64,000 bases of DNA from the human T2T-CHM13v2.0 reference genome, Homo sapiens, in assembly GCA_009914755.4 (NCBI GenBank), contig CP086569.2, forward strand, positions 30,880,001-30,944,000, given 5' to 3'. Of this stretch, positions 1 through 14,229 are shown one piece after another. Each line of letters opens with the position of its first letter. The first letter of the stretch is position 1. Below the pieces are notes generated by a model. The model was not told the origin of the DNA and did no database searches. It saw only the letters and a program-made list of their open reading frames with translations. A program made the position numbers and the translations under genes.

Positions 1-55
1 ATTGATGTGAACGGAACGGAATGGAATGGAATCCAAAGGAATGGAATAGAATGGA
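1..55 (+). repeat. 3' tail of an upstream HOR unit (partial)
   Basis: Bases 1–55 match the last ~55 bp of full units, for example 3561–3613 'attgatgtgaacggaacggaatggaatggaatccaaaggaatggaatagaatggaatgg'. Confidence 0.8.
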
Positions 56-3000
56 ATGGAATCGAATGGAAAGGACTCGAATGGAAATCACTCGAATAGA
101 ATGCAATTTAATAAAATAGGATCAAATGTAATGGAATGGAATGGAAAGGAATCGAAACGAAAGGAATGGAGACAGATGGAATGGAATAGAACAGAGAGCA
201 ATGGTATAGAATGGAATGGAATCATCTGGAATGGAATTGAATGGAATGGAATAATATGAAATGGAATGGAATGGAATGGAATGGAATGCCCTTGAATTAA
301 ATGGACTGGAATGGAATGGACTCGAACAGAGTGGAATGGAAAGTGTTGAGATAGAATGGAATGGACTCCTTTGGAATGGTGTAGAATGCAATGCAATCGA
401 CTGGCAGGGAATCAAAAGGAATGTAATGGAATGGACTGGACTGGAATGCAATGGACTCGAATAGATTGGAAACGGAATGCAAAGGAATGGAATGGAATAG
501 TATGGAATGGAATGGAAAGGAATGGAGTGGAATAGACTAGAGTGGAATGGAATGGACTGGAAAGCAATGGACTGGAATGGATCTTTCTTGAATGGACTGG
601 AATCAATCGGAATGGAATGCAATGCAATCAAATGGCATGGAATAAAATAGAATGAAAGAGAATCAAATGGAATTGAATCGAATGGAATCGAATGGATTGG
701 AAAGGAATAGAATGGAATGGAATGGAATTGACTCAAATGGAATGGACTAGAATGGAATGGATTCGAATGGAAGGCAAAGGAATGGAATCTATTGGAATGG
801 ACTGTAATGGAATGGAATGGAAGGGATTGGAATGGACTCGAATGGAATGGACTGCAATAGAAAGGATTCGAATGGAATGAAAAAGAATTGAATGGAATAG
901 AACAGAATGGAATCAAATCGAATGAAATGGAATGGAATAGAAAGGAATGGAATGAAATGGAATGGAAAGGATTCGAATGGAATGCAATCGAATGGAATGG
1001 AATCGAACGGAATGGAATAAAATGGAAGAAAACTGGCAAGAAATGGAATCGAAATGAATGGAGTGTTATGGAACGGACTCAAAAGGAATTGAATGTAATA
1101 GAATGGAGTGGAGTGGACTCGAATATAATGGACTGGAATGGAATGAAATCACATGGAATGGGAACGAATGGAATGGAATGGAAAGGAATGGAATCGAATG
1201 GAAAGGAATCGAATGGAAGGGAATGAAATTGAATCAACAGGAATGGAAGGGAATAGAATAGACGGTAATGGAATGGACTCGAATAGAATGGACACGAATG
1301 CTCAAATTGAATGGACTCGAATGGAATGGAAACGAAAGGAATGTCATCGAATGGAATTGAATCGATTGGAATGAAATCGCATAGAATGGAGTGGAATCAA
1401 ATGGAATTGAATCGAAAGGAAAGGAAGCGAATGGACTGAAATGAAATGGAATGGAATTGAATGGAAAGTAATGCAATGGAATAGAATGGAACGAAATTTC
1501 ACGGAATGGAATCAAACTGAATGGAATCAAATCAATGGAATCCAATCAAATGGAATGGAGTAGATTGGATTGGATGGGATTGGAATGAAATGTACTGGAA
1601 AGGACTCGAATTTCATGAAACGGAATGGAATGAATTGGAACGGAATGGACTCGAATGGAATGGAATGTCATAGAATGGCATCAAATGGATTGGCATCAAA
1701 TGGAATGGAATAGAATGCAATGGAATGCTATGGAATGGAATGGAATGCATTGGAATGGAATGTCCTCTAATGGAATGGATTCGAGTGGAATGGAATCGAA
1801 TATAATGGAGTCGAATGAAATGGAATTGAAAGGAATGGGATCGAATACAATGGAATATACTGGAATGTAATGTAATGAACTCGAATGTAATTGACTGGAA
1901 TGGAATGTACATGAATGGAATGTAATCGAATGGAAAGTAATCCAATGGAATAGAATCTAATACAATAAAATCGACTCAGATAGAGTAGAATGTAATGGAA
2001 TGGAGTGCAGTGCAATGGAATGGAATGGAATGGAATGCAATGGAATGGAATGGAATGGAATGGAATGGAATGGAATGGAATGGAATGGGATGGGATGGAA
2101 TGGTATGGAATGGATAGTAATGGACTGGAGTGAAATGGACTGGAAAGGAATGGACTCAAATTGAAAGGGCTCGAAAGGAATGGAGTCAAATGGAATGGTC
2201 TGGAATGGAATGAACACGAAAGTAATGCAATCCAATAGAATGGAATCGAATGGCATGGAATATAAAGAAATGGAATCGAAGAGAATGGAAACAAATGGAA
2301 TGGAATTGAATGGAATGGAATTGAATGGAATGGGAACGAATGGAGTGAAATTGTATGCAGTAGAAGGGAATAGAATGGAATGCAAGCGAAAGGAAAGGAA
2401 TGGATTGGAATGGAATGGAATTCATTGGAATGGAAGAGAATGTAGTGTAATGGACAGGCCTGGAATAAAGTGGAATGCTACGGTCTCGAATGGAATAAAA
2501 ATGTATGGAATGGAATGCAATGAAACGGAATCGAATGTCATAGAATGTAATGGAATGCAAAAAAATGGAATCCAAAATCATTTACTGGAAAGGCTGGGTG
2601 TCGAAAGGAATTGACTGCAATGAAATGGAATCGAATGGAATGGAAGTGAATAGAATCGAACTAAATCGAATGGAATGGAATTGATAGGAACGGAATGGAA
2701 AGGAATGCAATGATTTGGCATGGAATGGAATCGAATGGCATCGAATGGAATGGAATGGAATGCAATGGAATGGAATGTATTACAATGTAATGAACATTAA
2801 TGGAATGTACTCGAATGGATTCGACTGGAATGGAATGTTCTGGAAGTGAATGCACTCCAATGGAATGGATTCGAAAGGAATGGAATCGAACGGAATGGAT
2901 TCTAATGGAATGGAATTAAATGGAAATGAATCAAATTGAATAGCACGGAATTGAATTGAATGGAATCGAATGCAATGGAATCTAATGAAACGGAAAGGAA

Positions 3001-3613
3001 AGAATGGAATGGAATAGAATGGGCTGGAATGGAAAGGAATCGAAACGAATGGAATGGAATCGAACTGAAGAGACTGGAATGGAATGCACTGGAATGGAAG
3101 GGAGTGTAATGGAAGGTTCTCGAAAAAAATGGAATCGAATGGAATGGAATTGAATGGAACGGAATAGAGTCGAATGGAATTGAATGGAATGGAATGGACT
3201 AGAGTGAAATGGAATCGAACCACAAGGAATGGACAGGAATAGAATGGTCTCGAATTGAATGGAATCGTATGGAATGGCATCAAACGGAATGGAATGGACA
3301 GCCACGGAATGGAATGCACTCGAATGCAATGGAGTCGAAACTAATGGACTGGAATAGAATGGACTCGACTGGTACGGACTCCAATGGAATGGAATCGAAT
3401 GGAAGGGAATCGAACGGAATGGACTCGAAGGGAAAAGACTGCAATGGAAAGGTCTCGAATGGAATGGAAATTAATGGGATGGAATGGAATCGAATGAAAT
3501 GGAGTCAAAAGGAATGGAATCGAATGGTAAGAAATTGAATGTAATGGAATCGCAAGGAATTGATGTGAACGGAACGGAATGGAATGGAATCCAAAGGAAT
3601 GGAATAGAATGGA
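56..3613 (+). repeat. HOR unit 1 (3558 bp, variant A)
   Basis: Bounded by the landmark motif at 56 and 3614. GGCC site at 2457–2460. Near-identical to unit 17 (60413–): one amino-acid difference across the 305-aa artefactual ORF 122..1039 versus 60479..61396. Confidence 0.85.
2014..2100 (+). repeat. Near-pure (GGAAT)n tract inside unit 1. It is the length-variable core of each unit.
   Basis: 2041–2088 is about 9.5 perfect TGGAA repeats, flanked by 'gcaatgg' and 'gggatgggatggaatggtatgg'. The homologous tract differs in copy number between units, for example shorter at ~5560–5625 and longer at ~28446–28497, ~44650–44715, ~55320–55375 and ~58870–58925. Confidence 0.8.
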
Positions 3614-6600
3614 ATGGAATCGAATGGAAAGGACTCGAATGGAAATCACTCGAATAGAATGCAATTTAATAAAATAGGATCAAATGTAATAGAATGGAAT
3701 GGAAAGGAATCGAAACGGAAGGAATGGAGACAGATGGAATGGAATGGAACAGAGAGCAATGGTATAGAATGGAATGGAATCATCTGGAATGGAATTGAAT
3801 GGAATGGAATAATATGAAATGGAATGGAATGGAATGGAATGGAATGCCCTTGAATTAAATGGACTGGACTCGAACAGAGTGGAATGGAAAGTGTTGAGAT
3901 AGAATGGAATGGACTCCTTTGGAATGGTGTAGTATGCAATGCAATCGACTGGCAGGGAATCAAAAGGAATGTAATGGAATGGATTGGACTGGAATGCAAA
4001 GGACTCGAATAGATTGGAAACGGAATGCAAAGGAATGGAATGGAATTGTATGGAATTCAATGGAAGGGAATGGAGTGGAATAGACTAGAGTGGAATGGAA
4101 TGGACTGGAAAGCAATGGACTGGAATGGAACTTTCTTGGATGGATTGGAATCAAACGGAATGGAATGCAATGCAATCAAATGGCATGGAATAAAATAGAA
4201 TGAAAGAGAATCAAATGGAATTGAATCGAATGGAATCGAATGGATTGGAAAGGAATAGAATGTAATGGAATGGAATTGACTCAAATGGAATGGACTAGAA
4301 TGGAATGGATTCGAATGGAAGGCAAAGGAATGGAATCTATTGGAATGGACTGTAATGGAATGGAATGGAAGGGATTGGAATGGACTCGAATGGAATGGAC
4401 TGCAATAGAAAGGATTCGAATGGAATGAAAAAGAATTGAATGGAATAGAACAGAATGGAATCAAATCGAATGAAATGGAATGGAATAGAAAGGAATGGAA
4501 TGAAATGGAATGGAAAGGATTCGAATGGAATGCAATCGAATGGAATGGAATCGAACGGAATGGAATAAAATGGAAGAAAACTGGCAAGAAATGGAATCGA
4601 AATGAATGGAGTGTTATGGAACGGAGTCAAAAGGAATTGAATGTAATAGAATGGAGTGGAGTGGACTCGAATATAATGGACTGGAATGGAATGAAATCAC
4701 ATGGAATGGGAACGAATGGAATGGAATGGAAAGGAATGGAATCGAATGGAAAGGAATCGAATGGAAGGGAATGAAATTGAATCAACACGAATGGAAGGGA
4801 ATAGAATAGACTGTAATGGAATGGACTCGAATAGAATGGACACGAATGTTCAAATTAAATGGACTCGAATGGAATGGAAACGAAAGGAATGTCATCGAAT
4901 GGAATTGAATCGATTGGAATGAAATCGCATAGAATGGAGTGGAATCAAATGGAATTGAATCGAAAGGAAAGGAAGCGAATGGACTGAAATGAAATGGAAT
5001 GGAATTGAATGGAAAGTAATGCAATGGAATAGAATGGAACGAAATTTCACGGAATGGAATCAAACTGAATGGAATCAAATCAATGGAATCAAATCAAATG
5101 GAATGGAAAGGAATTGAATGGAGTAGATGGGATTGGATGGGATTGGAATGAAATGTACTGGAAAGGACTCGAATTTCATGAAACGGAATGGAATGAATTG
5201 GAACGCAATGGACTCGAATGGAATGGAATGTCATGGGATGGCATCAAATGGAATGGAATCGAATGCAATGGAATGCTATGGAATGGAATGGAATGCATTG
5301 GAATGGAATGTCCTCTAATGGAATGGATTCGAGTGGAATGGAATTGAATATAATGGAGTCGAATGAAATGGAATTGAAAGGAATGGGATCGAATACAATG
5401 GAATATACTGGAATGTAACGTAATGAACTCGAATGTAATTGACTGGAATGGAATGTACATGAATGGAATGTAATCGAATGGAAAGTAATCCAATGGAATA
5501 GAATCTAATGCAATAAAATCGACCCAGATAGAGTAGAATGTAATGGAATGGAGTGCAGTGCAATGGAATGGAATGGAATGGAATGCAATTGAATGGAATG
5601 GAATGGAATGGAATGGGATGGAATGGTATGGAATGGATAGTAATGGACTGGAGTGAAATGGACTGGAAAGGAATGGACTCAAATTGAAAGGGCTCGAAAG
5701 GAATGGAGTCAAATGGAATGGTCTGGAATGGAATGAACACGAATGTAATGCAATCCAATAGAATGGAATCGAATGGCATGGAATATAAAGAAATGGAATC
5801 GAAGAGAATGGATACAAATGGAATGGAATTGAATGGAATGGAATTGAATGGAATGGGAACGAATGGAGTGAAATTGTATGCAGTAGAAGAGAATAGAATG
5901 GAATGCAAGCGAAAGGAAAGGAATGGATAGGAATGGAATGGAATTCATTGGAATGGAAGGGAATGTAGTGTAATGGACAGGCCTGGAATAAAGTGGAATG
6001 CTACGGTCTCGAATGGAATAAAAATGTATGGAATGGAATGCAATGAAACGGAATCGAATGTCATAGAATGTAATGGAATGCAACAAAATGGAATCCAAAA
6101 TCATTGACTGGAAAGGCTGGGTGTCGAAAGGAATTGACTCCAATGGAATGGAATCGAATGGAATGGAAGTGAATAGAATCGAACTAAATCGAATGGAATG
6201 GAATTGATAGGAACGGAATGGAAAGGAATGCAATGATTTGGCATGGAATGGAATCGAATGGCATCGAATGGAATGGAATGGAATGCAATGGAATGGAATG
6301 TATTAGAATGTAATGAACATTAATGGAATGTACTCGAATGGATTCGACTGGAATGGAATGTTCTGGAAGTGAATGGACTCCAATGGAATGGATTCGAAAG
6401 GAATGGAATCGAACGGAATGGAATCTAATGGAATGGAATTAAATGGAAATGAATCAAATTGAATAGCACGGAATTGAATTGAATGGAATCGAATGCAATG
6501 GAATCTATTGAAACGGAAAGGAAAGAATGGAATGGAATAGAATGGGCTGGAATGGAAAGGAATCGAAACGAATGGAATGGAATCGAACTGAAGAGACTGG

Positions 6601-7136
6601 AATGGAATGCACTGGAATGGAAGGGAGTGTAATGGAAGGTTCTCGAAAAAAATGGAATCGAATGGAATGGAATTGATTGGAACGGAATAGAGTCGAATGG
6701 AATTGAATGGAATGGAATGGACTAGAGTGAAATGGAATCGAACCACAAGGAATGGACAGGAATAGAATGGTCTCGAATTGAATGGAATCGTATGGAATGG
6801 CATCAAACGGAATGGAATGGACAGCCACGGAATGGAATGCACTCGAATGCAATGGAGTCGAAACTAATGGACTGGAATAGAATGGACTCGACTGGTACGG
6901 ACTCCAATGGAATGGAATCGAATGGAAGGGAATCGAACGGAATGGACTCGAAGGGAAAAGACTGCAATGGAAAGGTCTCGAATGGAATGGAAATTAATGG
7001 GATGGAATGGAATCGAATGAAATGGAGTCAAAAGGAATGGAATCGAATGGCAAGAAATCGAATGTAATGGAATCGCAAGGAATTGATGTGAACGTAACGG
7101 AATGGAATGGAATCCAAAGGAATGGAATAGAATGGA
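3614..7136 (+). repeat. HOR unit 2 (3523 bp, short variant)
   Basis: Landmarks at 3614 and 7137. GGCC at 5980–5983. It is 35 bp shorter than unit 1, and about 25 bp of that sits in the pure (GGAAT)n tract at ~5560–5625. Confidence 0.85.
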
Positions 7137-10100
7137 ATGGAATCGAATGGAAAGGACTCGAATGGAAATCACTCGAATAGAATGCAATTTAATAAAATAG
7201 GATCAAATGTAATAGAATGGAATGGAAAGGAATCGAAACGGAAGGAATGGAGACAGATGGAATGGAATGGAACAGAGAGCAATGGTATAGAATGGAATGG
7301 AATCATCTGGAATGGAATTGAATGGAATGGAATAATATGAAATGGAATGGAATGGAATGGAATGGAATGCCCTTGAATTAAATGGACTGGAATGGAATGG
7401 ACTCGAACAGAGTGGAATGGAAAGTGTTGAGATAGAATGGAATGGACTCATTTGGAATGGTGTAGTATGCAATGCAATCGACTGGCAGGGAATCAAAAGG
7501 AATGTAATCGAATGGATTGGACTGGAATGCAATGGATTCGAATAGATTGCAAACGGAATGCAAAGGAATGGAATGGAATAGTATGGAATGGAATGGAAAG
7601 GAATGGAGTGGAATAGACTAGAGTGGAATGGAATGGACTGGAAAGCAATGGACTGGAATGGAACTTTCTTGAATGGACAGGAATCAAACGGAATGGAATG
7701 CAATGCAATCAAATGGCATGGAATAAAATAGAATGAAAGAGAATCAAATGGAATTGAATGGAATGGAATGGAATGTAATGGAATGGAATGGAATGGACTA
7801 GAATGGAATGGAATGGAATGGACTAGAATGGAATGGATTCGAATGGAAGGCAAAGGAATGGATTCTATTGGAATGGACTGTAATGGAATGGAATGGAAGG
7901 GATTGGAATGGACTCGAATGGAATTGACTGCAATAGAAAGGATTCGAATGGAATGAAAAAGAATTGAATGGAATAGAACAGAATGGAATCAAATCGAATG
8001 AAATGGAATGGAATAGAAAGGAATGGAATGAAATGGAATGGAAAGGATTCGAATGGAATGCAATCGAATGGAATGGAATCGAACGGAATGGAATAAAATG
8101 GAAGAAAACTGGCAAGAAATGGAATCGAAATGAATGGAGTGTTATGGAACGGACTCAAAAGGAATTGAATGTAATAGAATGGAGTGGAGTGGACTCGAAT
8201 ATAATGGACTGGAATGGAATGAAATCACATGGAATGGGAACGAGTGGAATGGAATGGAAAGGAATGGAATCGAATGGAAAGGAATCGAATGGAAGGGAAT
8301 GAAATTGAATCAACAGGAATGGAAGGGAATAGAATAGACGGTAATGGAATGGACTCGAATAGAATGGACACGAATGCTCAAATTGAATGGACTCGAATGG
8401 AATGGAAACGAAAGGAATGTCATCGAATGGAATTGAATCGATTGGAATGAAATCGCATAGAATGGAGTGGAATCAAATGGAATTGAATCGAAAGGAAAGG
8501 AAGCGAATGGACTGAAATGAAATGGAATGGAATTGAATGGAAAGTAATGCAATGGAATAGAATGGAACGAAATTTCACGGAATGGAATCAAACTGAATGG
8601 AATCAAATCAATGGAATCCAATCAAATGGAATGGAGTAGATTGGATTGGATGGGATTGGAATGAAATGTACTGGAAAGGACTCGAATTTCATGAAACGGA
8701 ATGGAATGAATTGGAACGGAATGGACTCGAATGGAATGGAATGTCATAGAATGGTATCAAATGGAATGGCATCAAATGGAATGGAATCGAATGCAATGGA
8801 ATGCTATGGAATGGAATGGAATGCATTGGAATGGAATGTCCTCTAATGGAATGGATTCGAGTGGAATGGAATCGAATATAATGGAGTCGAATGAAATGGA
8901 ATTGAAAGGAATGGGATGGAATACAATGGAATATACTGGAATGTAATGTAATGAACTCGAATATAATTGACTGGAATGGAATGTACATGAGTGGAATGTA
9001 ATCGAATGGAAAGTAATCCAATGGAATAGAATCTAATGCAATAAAATCGACTCAGATAGAGTAGAATGTAATGGAATGGAGTGCAGTGCAATGGAATGGA
9101 ATGGAATGGAATGCAATGGAATGGAATGGAATGGAATGGAATGGAATGGAATGGAGTGGGATGGAATGGTATGGAATGGATAGTAATGGACTGGAGTGAA
9201 ATGGACTGGAAAGGAATGGACTCAAATTGAAAGGTCTCGAAAGGAATGGAGTCAAATGGAATGGTCTGGAATGGAATGAACACGAAAGTAATGCAATCCA
9301 ATAGAATGGAATCGAATGGCATGGAATATAAAGAAATGGAATCGAAGAGAATGGAAACAAATGGAATGGAATTGAATGGAATGGAATTGAATGGAATGTG
9401 AACGAATGGAGTGAAATTGTATGCAGTAGAAGAGAATAGAATGGAATGCAAGCGAAAGGAAAGGAATGGATTGGAATGGAATGGAATTCATTGGAATGGA
9501 AGGGAATGTAGTGTAATGGACAGGCCTGGAATAAAGTGGAATGCTACGGTCTCGAATGGAATAAAAATGTGTGGAATGGAATGCAATGAAACGGAATCGA
9601 ATGTCATAGAATGTAATGGAATGCAAAAAAATGGAATCCAAAATCATTGAATGCAAAGGCTGGGTGTCGAAAGGAATTGACTCCAATGGAATGGAATCGA
9701 ATGGAATGGAAGTGAATAGAATCGAACTAAATCGAATGGAATGGAATTGATAGGAACGGAATGGAAAGGAATGCAATGATTTGGCATGGAATGGAATCGA
9801 ATGGCATCGAATGGAATGGAATGGAATGCAATGGAATGGAATGTATTAGAATGTAATGAACTTTAATGGAATGTACTCGAATGGATTCGACTGGAATGGA
9901 ATGTTCTGGAAGTGAATGGACTCCAATGGAATGGATTCAAAAGGAATGGAATCGTACGGAATGGAATCCAATGGAATGGAATTAAATGGAAATGAATCAA
10001 ATTGAATAGCACGGAATTGAATTGAATGGAATTGAATGCAATGGAATCTAATGAAACGGAAAGGAAAGGAATGGAATGGAATGGAATGGACTGGAATGGA

Positions 10101-10695
10101 AAGGAATCGAAACGAATGGAATGGAATCGAACTGAAGAGACTGGAATGGAATGCACTGGAATGGAAGGGAGTGTAATGGAAGGTTCTCGAAAAAAATGGA
10201 ATCGAATGGAATGCAATTGAATGGAACGGAATAGAGTCGAATGCAATTGAATGGAATGGAATGGACTAGAGTGAAATGGAATCGAACCACAAGGAATGGA
10301 CAGGAATAGAATGGTCTCGAATTGAATGGAATCGTATGGAATGGCATCAAACGGAATGGAATGGACAGCCACGGAATGGAATGCACTCGAATGCAATGGA
10401 GTCGAAACTAATGGACTGGAATAGAATGGACTCGACTGGTACGGACTCCAATGGAATGGAATCGAATGGAAGGGAATCGAACGGAAGGGAATCGAACGGA
10501 ATGGACTCGAAGGGAAAAGACTGCAATGGAAAGGTCTCGAATGGAATGGAAATTAATGGAATGGAATGGAATCGAATGAAATAGAGTCAAAAGGAATGGA
10601 ATCGAATGGCAAGAAATCGAATGTAATGGAATCGCAAGGAATTGATGTGAACGGAACGGAATGGAATGGAATCCAAAGGAATGGAATAGAATGGA
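7137..10695 (+). repeat. HOR unit 3 (3559 bp)
   Basis: Landmarks at 7137 and 10696. GGCC at 9523–9526. Confidence 0.85.
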
Positions 10696-13600
10696 ATGGA
10701 ATCGAATGGAAAGGACTCGAATGGAAATCACTCGAATAGAATGCAATTTAATAAAATAGGATCAAATGTAATGGAATGGAATGGAAAGGAATTGAAACGA
10801 AAGGAGTGGAGACAGATGGAATGGAATGGAACAGAGAGCAATGGTATAGAACGGAATGGAATAATCTGGAATGGAATTGAATGGAATGGAATAATATGAA
10901 ATGGAAAGGAATGGAATGGAATGCCCTTGAATTAAATGGACTGCAATGGAATGGACTCGAACAGAGTGGAATGGAAAGTGTTGAAATAGAATGGAATTGA
11001 CTCGTTTGGAATGGTCTAGTATGCAATGCAATCGACTGGCAGGGAATCAAAAGGAATGTAATCTAATGGATTGTACTGGAATGCAATGGACTCGAATAGA
11101 TTGGAAACGGAATGCAAAGGAATGGAATGGAATAGTATGGAATGGAATGGAAAGGAATGGAGTGGAATAGACTAGAGTGGAATGGAATGGACTTGAAAGC
11201 AATGGACTGGAATGGAACTTTCTTGAATGGACTGGAACCAAACGGAATGGAATGCAATGCAATCAAATGGCATGGAATAAGATAGAATGAAAGAGAATCA
11301 AATGGAATTGAATCGAATGGAATCGAATGGATTGGAAAGGAATAGAATGGAATGGAATGGAATTGACTCAAATGGAATGGACTAGAATGGAATGGATTCG
11401 AATGGAAGGCAAAGGAATGGAATCTATTGGAATGGACTGTAATGGAATGGAATGGAAGGGATTGGAATGGATTCGAATGGAATGGACTGCAATAGAAAGG
11501 ATTCGAATGGAATGAAAAAGAATTGAATGGAATAGAACAGAATGGAATCAAATCGAATGAAATGGAATGGAATAGAAAGGAATGGAATGAAATGGAATGG
11601 AAACGATTCGAATGGAATGCAATCGAATGGAATGGAATCGAACGGAATGGAATAAAATGGAAGAAAACTGGCAAGAAATGGAATCGAAATGAATGGAGTG
11701 TTATGGAACGGACTCAAAAGGAATTGAATGTAATAGAATGGAGTGGAGTGGACTCGAAAATAATGGACTGGAGTGGAATGAAATCACATGGAATGGGAAC
11801 GAATGGAATGGAATGGAATGTAAAGGAATGGAATCGAATGGAAAGGAATCGAATGGAAGGGAATGAAACTGAATCAACAGGAATGGAAGGGAATAGAATA
11901 GACGGTAATGGAATGGACTCGAATAGAATGGACACGAATGCTCAAATTGAATGGACTCGAATGGAATGGAAACGAAAGGAATGTCATCGAATGGAATTGA
12001 ATCGATTGGAATGAAATCGCATAGAATGGAGTGGAATCAAATGGAATTGAATCGAAAGGAAAGGAAGCGAATGGACTGAAATGAAATGGAATGGAATTGA
12101 ATGGAAAGTAATGCAATGGAATAGAATGGAACGAAATTTCACGGAATGGAATCAAACTGAATGGAATCAAATCAATGGAATCAAATCAAATGGAATGGAA
12201 AGGAATTGAATGGAGTAGATTGGATTGGATGGGATTGGAATGAAATGTACCGGAAAGGACTCGAATTTCATGAAACGGAATGGAATGAATTGGAACGGAA
12301 TGGACTCGAATGGAATGGAATGTCATGGAATGGCATCAAATGGAATGGCATCAAATGGAATGGAATCGAATGCAATGGAATGCTATGGAATGGAATGGAA
12401 TGCATTGGAATGGAATGTCCTCTAATGGAATGGATTCGAGTGGAATGGAATCGAATATAATGGAGTCGAATGAAATGGAATTGAAAGGAATGGGATCGAA
12501 TACAATGGAATATACTGGAATGTAACGTAATGAACTCGAATGTAATTGACTGGAATGGAATGTACATGAATGGAATGTAATCGAATGGAAAGTAATCCAA
12601 TGGAATAGAATCTAATGCAATAAAATCGACTCAGATAGAGTAGAATGTAATGGAATGGAGTGCAGTGTAATGGAATGGAATGGAATGGAATGCAATGGAA
12701 TGGAATGGGATGGAATGGTATGGAATGGATAGTAATGGACTGGAGTGAAATGGACTGGAAAGGAATGGACTCAAATTGAAAGGGCTCGAAAGGAATGGAG
12801 ACAAATGGAATGGTCTGGAATGGAATGAACACGAATGTAATACAATCCAATAGAATGGAGTCGAATGGCATGGAATATAAAGAAATGGAATCGAAGAGAA
12901 TGGAAACAAATGGAATGGAATTGAATGGAATGGAATTGAATGGAATGGGAACGAATGGAGTGAAATTGTATGCAGTAGAAGAGAATAGAATGGAATGCAA
13001 GCGAAAGGAAAGGAATGGATTGGAATGGAATGGAATTCATTGGAATGGAAGGGAATGTAGTGTAATGGACAGGCCTGGAATAAAGTGGAATGCTACGGTC
13101 TCGAATGGAATAAAAATGTATGGAATGGAATGCAATGAAACGGAATCGAATGTCATAGAATGTAATGGAATGCAAAAAAATGGAATCCAAAATCATTGAC
13201 TGGAAAGGCTGGGTGTCGAAAGGAATTGACTCCAATGGAATGGAATCGAATGGAATGGAAGTGAATAGAATCGAACTAAATCGAATGGAATGGAATTGAT
13301 AGGAACGGAATGGAAAGGAATGCAATGATTTGGCATGGAATGGAATCGAATGGCATCGAATGGAATGGAATGGAATGCAATGGAATGGAATGTATTAGAA
13401 TGTAATGAACTTTAATGGAATGTACTCGAATGGATTCGACTGGAATGGAATGTTGTGGAAGTGAATGGACTCCAATGGAATGGATTCAAAAGGAATGGAA
13501 TCGTACGGAATGGAATCTAATGGAATGGAATTAAATGGAAATGAATCAAATTGAATAGCACGGAATTGAATTGAATGGAATCGAATGCAATGGAATCTAA

Positions 13601-14229
13601 TGAAACGGAAAGGAAAGGAATGGAATGGAATAGAATGGGCTGGAATGGAAAGGAATCGAAACGAATGGAATGGAATCGAACTGAAGAGACTGGAATGGAA
13701 TGCACTGGAATGGAAGGGAGTGTAATGGAAGGTTCTCGAAAATAATGGAATCGAATGGAAAGGAATTGAATGGAACGGAATAGAGTCGAATGGAATTGAA
13801 TGGAATGGAATGGACTAGAGTGAAATGGAATCGAACCACAAGGAATGGACAGGAATAGAATGGTCTCGAATTGAATGGAATCGTATGGAATGGCATCAAA
13901 CGGAATGGAATGGACAGCCACGGAATGGAATGCACTCGAATGCAATGGAGTCGAAACTAATGGACTGGAATAGAATGGACTCGACTGGTACGGACTCCAA
14001 TGGAATGGAATCGAATGGAAGGGAATCGAACGGAATGGACTCGAAGGGAAAAGACTGCAATGGAAAGGTCTCGAATGGAATGGAAATTAATGGAATGGAA
14101 TGGAATCGAATGAAATGGAGTCAAAAGGAATGGAATCGAATGGCAAGAAATCGAATGTAATGGAATCGCAAGGAATTGATGTGAACGGAACGGAATGGAA
14201 TGGAATCCAAAGGAATGGAATAGAATGGA
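10696..14229 (+). repeat. HOR unit 4 (3534 bp)
   Basis: Landmarks at 10696 and 14230. GGCC at 13072–13075. Confidence 0.85.

Noticed and set aside
2560-2610. Locally non-pentameric segment 'ccaaaatcatttactggaaaggctgggtgtcgaaagg' that recurs once per unit. I considered it as a possible embedded functional motif or foreign insertion.
   Set aside because: It is a diverged satellite segment conserved in every unit at the same offset. It is too short and too repeat-like to be an insertion, and there is no evidence of function from sequence alone.
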